Assembly (NCBI GenBank): GCA_963662665.2
Contig: CAXXJS010000025.1
Location: forward strand, 32,001 to 96,000
Reading direction: 5' to 3'
Length of the DNA: 64,000 bases
Origin: Candidatus Latescibacterota bacterium
GTDB taxonomy: Bacteria > Latescibacterota > UBA2968 > GCA-2709665
Shown here: one piece after another, positions 57,299-64,000 of the stretch
Position numbering within the stretch: the stretch's first letter is position 1
Layout: every line of letters begins with the position of its first letter
Made by a program: the position numbers and the translations under genes
Notes under the pieces: model-generated
Seen by the model: only the letters and a program-made list of their open reading frames with translations
Told to the model about the DNA's origin: nothing
Database searches by the model: none

Positions 57299-58516
57299 AT
57301 GAATTCCAGATTCGAATGGCGCCTGTGTCACCCACACGTCGAGTCGACCGGTGGCGACGTACCCTGCGCCAGAGAGGCGCCGGGCGTGCTGCTGCCCTAC
57401 GAGAGACGCATCTATATGTTCGGCGGCGGCGCCCTCAGATACGGCGCTTCCTCCGGCCAGGGAAACAAGTCCACGCTGGGCGCACTGAACGACCTGTGGG
57501 TGTACGATCCGTCGGTCGAGGAATGGAACCTGTTGGAGGCAAACGACGGCGCTGCCGGATTCGACATCTCTGCAGACAGGCCATGCGCTCGCATACTGCC
57601 CGCGTGGGTTGAGGTAGACGACCGGTTCTATCTGTTCGGCGGGTTGTCGATCCTGAGCGAGGGTTGGAAGTTCGCCCTCCTGAACGACCTGTGGGTGTAC
57701 GATCCCTCGGATGCGCGCTGGACGCTGTTGGAGCCGGATGACGGCGTATTGCTGGAGTACCCCGACTGCGTGGGCCGGGGACGGCCGACGACCATGGGCG
57801 GATTCGGAACGGCCGTTATCGGGAGCAGGATCTATTTCTTTGGCGGATGGGGCCATCGGGCGCCGCTTCCCCCGACGGTTGAAACCGCGGTACTGAGCAG
57901 GCAACTCTGGACCTATGATACCGGGACCGGAACCTGGGACCGGATTGAAGCGGCGGACGGCGCGGCCGTCCCGCCGAAGCGGTACGTCATGTCGATGACG
58001 GCCTGGGAGAATCGGATCTACGTCTGGGCGGGGCGGGACACACAGGACCGGGATCCGCAGTTCTATAACGATCTCTGGTGCTTCGATCCTGCCACGTGCG
58101 CATGGACCTGCATGGCGGAAAACGACTTCGGGGCGGCGAACCGGCCTTCCGCCCGGTACGGTCAGGGATCGGCCCGGATCGGGGACGGGTGGTATGTATT
58201 CGGCGGGTTCGGATCGCAGGGGACCTTCATGCCCGAAGAAGTGAACGGGCCGCAATTGAACGATCTGTGGCGCCTGAGTCTGGGCACCGGAGACTGGACC
58301 TGCCTGCAGGCGCACGACGGATCGAAGAATTATTCGGGGTCCGCGCCGTATCCCGGAGTCCGTCGCGTGCCGGGCATGGCAGCCCTGGATGACGCGGTGT
58401 ATCTGTTCGGCGGCCTTGACCTGGCCAGCGGGCCGAACGACGATGGGCCGGTGACTGGTTTCAACGACCTCTGGGTGGGGCGTGAATCGCAGGCACGCAC
58501 CGGGACAGTCGCGTAG
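57299..58516 (+). CDS. Kelch-repeat beta-propeller protein
   Basis: Six blades with Y(L/M/F/V)FGG-type and NDLW-type motifs; no signal peptide. Confidence 0.88.
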   Translation: MNSRFEWRLCHPHVESTGGDVPCAREAPGVLLPYERRIYMFGGGALRYGASSGQGNKSTLGALNDLWVYDPSVEEWNLLEANDGAAGFDISADRPCARILPAWVEVDDRFYLFGGLSILSEGWKFALLNDLWVYDPSDARWTLLEPDDGVLLEYPDCVGRGRPTTMGGFGTAVIGSRIYFFGGWGHRAPLPPTVETAVLSRQLWTYDTGTGTWDRIEAADGAAVPPKRYVMSMTAWENRIYVWAGRDTQDRDPQFYNDLWCFDPATCAWTCMAENDFGAANRPSARYGQGSARIGDGWYVFGGFGSQGTFMPEEVNGPQLNDLWRLSLGTGDWTCLQAHDGSKNYSGSAPYPGVRRVPGMAALDDAVYLFGGLDLASGPNDDGPVTGFNDLWVGRESQARTGTVA

Positions 58517-58532
58517 ATACGGGAGATCGGCG

Positions 58533-59354
58533 ATGAAACTGATGATTATGACGGACCTGGAAGGCGTGGCGGGCATTCTGAATTTCGAGGACTGGTGTAC
58601 GCCGGGCGCGATGTATTACGATAAGGCGAAGAGGCTGTTGACGCTGGAGGTCAACGCCGCGGTGGACGGGTTCAGCGAAGGCGGCGCGGAAGAGATCCTG
58701 GTGGTGGACGGGCACGGGCACGGCGCGATGGATCCTGAACTTCTGGACGAACGTGCGCAACTGATGCGCGGCCACGCCGCTCCGATCTGGCCCTGGAGCC
58801 TGGATGGTTCGTACCAGGGACTGGCATACGTGGGGCAGCACGCGAAGGCCGGAACGCCGTATTCCCACCTGACACACACGGGAAGCTTCGCGTGCGTGGA
58901 CTACGCGATCAACGGAATTTCCATCGGAGAATACGGGCAACTGGTGCTGTGCGCGATGGAATTGGGCGTTCCCACGATTTTCGCGGCGGGCGAGGAAGCG
59001 TTCGCGGCGGAGGCCGAGGCGCTGACACCCGGCGTCGTGACCGCGGGCGTGAAACGGGGACTGCTTCCCGACGGGCTGGAAGACCTGGATGCGGACGCAT
59101 ACAGCCGCGCCAAGCTGAGCGCGGTCAATCTGGCGCCCGCACGGTCCCGCGCGCTCATCCGTGAAGGAGCCCGGAACGCAATCGGGAAGCTGAAGGCAGA
59201 TCCTTCATCTTTCCGATATCCGGACATGAAACCGCCGTACGTGCGCACCGCGAGCTACCGTAAGCGCGGCAATACGCCGGGATTCAGCACCCGCGACGAG
59301 CACCCGGACAGCATCATCGGATTGATGAATATGGCGCAGACAAGGGTGGCGTAG
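58533..59354 (+). CDS. M55 family metallopeptidase (DppA-like D-aminopeptidase)
   Basis: TDLEGVAG, EVNAAVDG, VDGHG, GQHA, HT, IGE. Start ATG 58533 after GGAG. Confidence 0.9.
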   Translation: MKLMIMTDLEGVAGILNFEDWCTPGAMYYDKAKRLLTLEVNAAVDGFSEGGAEEILVVDGHGHGAMDPELLDERAQLMRGHAAPIWPWSLDGSYQGLAYVGQHAKAGTPYSHLTHTGSFACVDYAINGISIGEYGQLVLCAMELGVPTIFAAGEEAFAAEAEALTPGVVTAGVKRGLLPDGLEDLDADAYSRAKLSAVNLAPARSRALIREGARNAIGKLKADPSSFRYPDMKPPYVRTASYRKRGNTPGFSTRDEHPDSIIGLMNMAQTRVA

Positions 59355-59407
59355 CCCAACCGGCGTCTGGTTTAATTCGCGGGAGCCGGGTAACCTGGAG
59401 CATACGA

Positions 59408-60040
59408 ATGGTTGACGTCACACACGAATTCGACGCGCCCGGGCCGCAGCCGAACGGCATGCAGGCCACGGCGGACGGCATCTGGGTTCTGGATCAGAAA
59501 ACGAACCAGGCAGTCCTGGTTTCCTTCGCGGGCGAAACGTTAAAGACGCTGAATACGGCGTCGGACCGGGGGAGCGGGATTACCGACACGGGTTTGGCGC
59601 TGTGGCTGGCCTCCACGTATGACCGGAAGATTCTGCGCGTGGATCGCGAGACGGGCGAAACACTGGACCGGTTCGATACTCCCGGCGCGGTGGCAACGGG
59701 CGCCCACGGACTGGAGATGCGCGACGGCCGCCTCTGGATGGCCGTGCCGCCGTCGGCCACGATTTACCAGGTGGACGTGGCTTGCGGCTTTGAAGTGATA
59801 TATTCGATTCCCGCTCCCGGAGACCGTCCGCATGGCATTGCATGGGAGGGCCGGGGCCTCTGGTGCGTGGAAACCGATCACCGTGCGATTTACCGATTGA
59901 ACGCGGCAGACGGTGGAATCCGTGAACGTATCGAGATTCCCGAAGAGCACCCCGAACCGCACGGGATGACGATGTGGGACGGGGCATTCTGGTACTGCGA
60001 CGCCGGTTCCCGGGCGGTATGCCGCGTGAGAAGGAGATAA
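59408..60040 (+). CDS. Small beta-propeller protein (glutaminyl cyclase/Vgb-like fold)
   Basis: Five repeats of the form P-G-x-x-P-(H/N)-G-(I/L/M)...(L/I/F)W. Confidence 0.7.
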   Translation: MVDVTHEFDAPGPQPNGMQATADGIWVLDQKTNQAVLVSFAGETLKTLNTASDRGSGITDTGLALWLASTYDRKILRVDRETGETLDRFDTPGAVATGAHGLEMRDGRLWMAVPPSATIYQVDVACGFEVIYSIPAPGDRPHGIAWEGRGLWCVETDHRAIYRLNAADGGIRERIEIPEEHPEPHGMTMWDGAFWYCDAGSRAVCRVRRR

Positions 60041-60106
60041 GGCCGCTGATTATGCAGCAAGACGGGATGGCGACGCCCCGCCGGCGGCCGGGACCGCTTT
60101 CATTCT

Positions 60107-61012
60107 ATGGACCGATCGACCGACATGGGCGAGAACGAAAGAGAGGCGCCGCGTATCTTCGCGCTGTCCGACGTCCACGTGGACTCCGCGCTCAATCTGG
60201 CCTGGGTGGATTCGCTCTCCGAGTCCGACTTCCAGCGGGACGTGTTGATTCTCGCCGGCGACGTCAGCGACCGCGTGGAGCGGTTGGAAAGGACGTTGTC
60301 CGACTTGCGGCGCAGGTTCGCAAGCGTGTTTTTTGTCCCGGGAAACCATGAACTGTGGATACGGCGAGCCGGGCCGCCTCGCGGTTCTCTGGACAAATTC
60401 GAACAGGTGCTTGCCATTTGCGACCGTCTCGACGTCAGGACGCGACCCGGCAGAATCGGAAACCGGATAGGCGTCTGGATCGTCCCTCTCTTTTCGTGGT
60501 ATCTGAAACCCGAGGAAGGACCGGACAGCCTGTATACGCCAAAGTCAGGTGAAGACGAGACACTATCCATGTGGAGCGACGACCATTTCTTCAGGTGGCC
60601 GGAGACCGCGAGGCCGGCCGCTGAATTTTTCCTTGGCGTGAACGAGAGGAACATCTCGCGGACATACGAAGCGCCGTTGATCTCGTTCAGCCACTTTCTG
60701 CCGAGACGTGAACTGATATTCGGCATGCCCGCGCCACGGCGGTGGGGCGGATCGCCCGGAGACCCGCATCCCGCGTTCAACTTCAGCCGCGTGGCGGGTT
60801 GCCGGGGCCTGGATGTGCAGATTCGTCGCCTTGGGTCGACCCTTCACGTTTACGGCCACCAGCATCGGAACCGGTTTCGCGAGATTGACGGCGTAACCTA
60901 TGTTTCTCATTGTCTGGGATACCCGCGGGAAAGAGAGAACGGGCATATTCGAGGGCTCGACGGCGGCCCGCGTCTGGTCTGGGATGCCGGCAGACCCGTA
61001 CGCGATGCGTAA
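60107..61012 (+). CDS. Calcineurin-like metallophosphoesterase (PptH-like)
   Basis: SDVH, AGDV, PGNHELW, SHFLP, YGHQH. Confidence 0.88.
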   Translation: MDRSTDMGENEREAPRIFALSDVHVDSALNLAWVDSLSESDFQRDVLILAGDVSDRVERLERTLSDLRRRFASVFFVPGNHELWIRRAGPPRGSLDKFEQVLAICDRLDVRTRPGRIGNRIGVWIVPLFSWYLKPEEGPDSLYTPKSGEDETLSMWSDDHFFRWPETARPAAEFFLGVNERNISRTYEAPLISFSHFLPRRELIFGMPAPRRWGGSPGDPHPAFNFSRVAGCRGLDVQIRRLGSTLHVYGHQHRNRFREIDGVTYVSHCLGYPRERENGHIRGLDGGPRLVWDAGRPVRDA

Positions 61013-61079
61013 TGGCCGCTCCGTCGGTCGGATCAGGTCGGTCAGGTCCATCAAATACACAACGTGGGGGCTTCGCTGT

Positions 61080-61574
61080 ATGAAACGGCTTTATGTGATT
61101 CGACATGCAAAGTCGAGCTGGAGCGATCCGGCGCTTGGCGATTTCGATCGCCCGTTGAACAAGCGCGGTAAACGGGACGCGCCGTTTATGGGCACGCGCC
61201 TGAAAGAAGGCGGGGCGAAGCCCGACATGATTGTCTGCAGTCCCGCGAAACGTGCGGTCAAGACTGCCCGCGCGATCGCGAAGGCATTGGGATTCCCCAC
61301 GGGTAAGATCGTGGAGGAAACGTCGGTTTACGAGGCGAGCCTGTACGACCTGCTTGCCGTGGTGCGGAATATCCCGGACGCTTGCGACGAAGCGATCATG
61401 GTGGGCCACAATCCGGGCTTCTCGGACCTGGCCGGTTACCTTGCTTCGGATTCTCACGTTAATATGCCAACCTGCGCCGTCTGTTGCGTGGATCTGGAGG
61501 TCGACTCCTGGGCGAGCGTAACGGCCGGTCCCGGAAGGATGGTATCCTACGACTATCCGAAAAAACACGCATAG
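61080..61574 (+). CDS. sixA: Histidine phosphatase, SixA-like
   Basis: LYVIRHAKSSW, DFDRPLNKRG, SPAKRA, VGHNPG. Confidence 0.9.
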   Translation: MKRLYVIRHAKSSWSDPALGDFDRPLNKRGKRDAPFMGTRLKEGGAKPDMIVCSPAKRAVKTARAIAKALGFPTGKIVEETSVYEASLYDLLAVVRNIPDACDEAIMVGHNPGFSDLAGYLASDSHVNMPTCAVCCVDLEVDSWASVTAGPGRMVSYDYPKKHA

Positions 61575-61580
61575 ACAGCG

Positions 61581-62333
61581 ATGATCGACCTGACAATCGA
61601 AAACGAAATCGCGTGGCTGACGTTGAACCGGCCCGAGGTGCTGAATGCGATGGATCTTGATAGCGTGCGCGCGTTCCGCGCGCGCCTTGAAGCGGTCCGC
61701 GATCGTGAAGACGTGCGGGTTGTGGTAACCGGCGGCGCGGGTCGCGCGTTTTGCGCGGGCAGCGATCTGAAGGACCTGGCGCCCCTATCTCCGGCGCAGG
61801 CCGCGAAGGCGGAACGGGCGCATGCCGATGCCTTCGCCCTGCTGGATGCCATGCCGCAACCCACGGTCGCCATGCTCCACGGGCACGTCCTCGGCGGCGG
61901 GATGGGGCTCGCGCTGTACCATGACTTCCGGATCGCATCGGTATCGGCAAGTCTGGGGATGCCGGAAGTGGAACTGGGATGGACGCCGCCGTGGGGGCTG
62001 GGCCGGCTGGTCGACGTTGTCGGCGGAGCAGCCGCAAGGTGGCTCGCGATGGGGTGCGAAACGGTGACCGGCGACGAGGCGAAGGCTATCGGCCTGGTAC
62101 ACGACTGCGTTGCGGACGATGCGTTGAGGGACAGGGTCCGGGCATTTGCGCTGCGTCTCGCGTCGCTTCCGCCGTTGGCGCTGAGAGAGACGAAGGTCCT
62201 CCTGAACCGGATATCGCCGGCTCGCAACGCCCGGTGGGATGCCGCCGCGTCAGAGGCCTTCGAGCTTTGTTTCGGTACGGACGAGGCTAGCGCGAACGTG
62301 GCCGAATTCATTGCGCGGAAGAAGAAACGATGA
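61581..62333 (+). CDS. Enoyl-CoA hydratase/isomerase family protein
   Basis: LNRPEVLNA, AFCAGSDL, GHVLGGG, MPEVELG. Confidence 0.92.
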   Translation: MIDLTIENEIAWLTLNRPEVLNAMDLDSVRAFRARLEAVRDREDVRVVVTGGAGRAFCAGSDLKDLAPLSPAQAAKAERAHADAFALLDAMPQPTVAMLHGHVLGGGMGLALYHDFRIASVSASLGMPEVELGWTPPWGLGRLVDVVGGAAARWLAMGCETVTGDEAKAIGLVHDCVADDALRDRVRAFALRLASLPPLALRETKVLLNRISPARNARWDAAASEAFELCFGTDEASANVAEFIARKKKR

Positions 62334-63904
62334 TCGACGTGGCGGCGGACCGGACGCTGTATCTGGATTTCGCGGGATTCGCCGGAGAACAGCCGGACCG
62401 GGAGTGGATGGTGTACGAACGGGGCGACGGGCGTGTTTTCCGGTGGACGTACGCCGCGTTCCTGAAGCGCGTGCACCAGGCCGCCAATCTCCTGCGTGAG
62501 TTGGGAATCCGCCCCGGAGACGTCTTCAATCTGCATCTGTCCAACCATCCGGCCTACGCGCAGCTGATACTTGCCGCGTCGCACCTCGGGGCGACGGCGA
62601 TGCCCACGAATCCGGCTTCCACCGCGGATGAACTGGGGTATCTCGTTGCCCATTCCGAGAGCAGGGCGATATTCACGGAGGCAGGATGCCTTAACGTGGC
62701 GGACCGGATTGCCGCGGACGCGAATATCGTTCCGATGGTGTGCAATACGGGTGAACCGATACCTGTCGGATATCCGGTTTATGAAGACGCGCTTTCCGGA
62801 CAGAGCATCGAACCACCGGATGGGTCCGGCTCGTCGGAGCGCGTCGTGCAACTCATGTACACGTCGGGTACCACATCGCGGCCCAAAGGGGTGATGCTGA
62901 CCAATGCCTGTTTCGTCTATGGCGCGGAAGTTTTCGCCGCGGGCTCGGGGTTGCGGCGGGAGGACAGGCACCTGGTGGCGCTCCCGCTCTTTCACGCCGG
63001 CGCGCAGTGCCACGCGTTGTGGCCGTCCCTGGTGACCGGCGCGAGCGTTGCGGTGATGGCCCGTTTCAGCGCGAGCCGGTTCTTCGAGCAGGCCATTGAA
63101 TACGGGTGTACCATGGCCGCCATGTTCGGAGCATTGTTGCGGATGCTGTTGAACCGGCCGGAGCGCGAAACCGACGCGGCCCACGGGATCCGCAACGTCA
63201 CCTTCGCCCAGAATCTGACTCCGGCGCAGTACGGGGCCTGGCACCGGAGGTTCAGGGCGCCGTTACAGCAGTTGTGGGGAATGACGGAAACGTGCGGGCT
63301 CCCCCTGATGAGCCCATTGACGGGCGGGCGCAACCTCGCGGCGATGGGAAAGCCGGTGCCCGGGTATGAAGTGAAGGTCGTTGACGAAAAGGGTGAGGAG
63401 GCGGGTGCCGGTACGCCGGGCGAAGTGATCGTAAAGGGTGTTCCGGGACGGACGATCATGCTGGGTTATCTGAAGAATCCCAGGGCAACGGCGGAAACCC
63501 TTCGAAGCCGTCCGGACGGCACCTGGCTGCATTCAGGCGATACGGTACGTGCGGATGAAGACGGGTTCCTGTATTTTCTGGACCGGGGAAAGGATCTGAT
63601 CAGGCGGTCCGGCGAAAATATCTCAAGCATCGAGGTGGAGGGCGTGATTCAGGAATGCGACGGCGTCGAGGACGTCTGCGTGGTGGGCGTGCCCGATGAG
63701 ATTCGGGATGAACGCGTCGTCGCGGCCGTCGTATCGGAACCGGAAGCGGACTTGAGCGGGGAAGCGATACGGACGTATTGCGCCGAACGGCTCGCGGCGT
63801 TCAAGGTGCCCGACCGGATCGAGTTCGTGGATGCATTGCCGAGAACGTCGGTCGGTAAAATCCGGAAGCAGGTCGTACGCGACCTGTTGGCATCGGCGGC
63901 GTGA
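62330..63904 (+). CDS. AMP-binding acyl-CoA ligase (crotonobetaine/carnitine-CoA ligase-like)
   Basis: YTSGTTSRPKG, WGMTET, SGD, RRSGENIS..EVE, LPRTSVGK; ATGA overlap with the hydratase gene. Confidence 0.92.
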   Translation: MIDVAADRTLYLDFAGFAGEQPDREWMVYERGDGRVFRWTYAAFLKRVHQAANLLRELGIRPGDVFNLHLSNHPAYAQLILAASHLGATAMPTNPASTADELGYLVAHSESRAIFTEAGCLNVADRIAADANIVPMVCNTGEPIPVGYPVYEDALSGQSIEPPDGSGSSERVVQLMYTSGTTSRPKGVMLTNACFVYGAEVFAAGSGLRREDRHLVALPLFHAGAQCHALWPSLVTGASVAVMARFSASRFFEQAIEYGCTMAAMFGALLRMLLNRPERETDAAHGIRNVTFAQNLTPAQYGAWHRRFRAPLQQLWGMTETCGLPLMSPLTGGRNLAAMGKPVPGYEVKVVDEKGEEAGAGTPGEVIVKGVPGRTIMLGYLKNPRATAETLRSRPDGTWLHSGDTVRADEDGFLYFLDRGKDLIRRSGENISSIEVEGVIQECDGVEDVCVVGVPDEIRDERVVAAVVSEPEADLSGEAIRTYCAERLAAFKVPDRIEFVDALPRTSVGKIRKQVVRDLLASAA

Positions 63905-64000
63905 CAGCGGGTTGCCCGGACGGAACCAAACGCACGAGTACACGCTGTCTTTTCAATTTAAATCGGGGGGCAACCATATGCAGTGGGTGATTTCGCAGGA

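Noticed and set aside
63978-64000. Start of a further plus-strand gene (MQWVISQ...)
   Set aside because: Only 7 codons are visible; it cannot be supported or identified.

Overview
High-GC bacterial chromosomal window. Gene content (TonB receptor, PorV-like barrel, FlgD-Ig/T9SS-type C-terminal domains, GWxTD protein, DUF6785 transporters, dockerin-like tags) suggests an FCB-group organism such as Ca. Latescibacterota or Gemmatimonadota, possibly host-associated; this is an inference. Bases 1-49.5 kb are almost entirely minus-strand genes: an FtsX permease with a degenerate M28 domain plus a DUF6785 membrane protein; three heparinase II/III-like lyases with Gfo/Idh/MocA oxidoreductases; a dockerin-S55 peptidase; an AT-richer defence islet (DNA methyltransferase, 4-TM protein, PD-(D/E)XK-EVE nuclease, darTG); a ~15 kb envelope operon (OM barrel, TonB-dependent receptor, CTD-bearing partner, PorV, two FGE-domain lipoproteins, TPR, CRTAC1, GWxTD); and a ~2060-aa FN3/Ig-repeat protein with a C-terminal dockerin followed by a stand-alone cohesin+CTD protein. 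Bases 50-64 kb are a plus-strand run of enzymes (lyase-like, GNAT, two AAC(3), CocE/NonD, Kelch, M55, propeller, metallophosphoesterase, SixA, enoyl-CoA hydratase, acyl-CoA ligase). No rRNA, tRNA, CRISPR array, integrase or transposase was seen. Best candidates for undescribed systems: a non-cellulosomal cohesin-dockerin export/display pair, a TBDR-cargo-PorV uptake module, and the EVE-nuclease/darTG/MTase islet. All family calls come from motif recognition by eye, not database searches.
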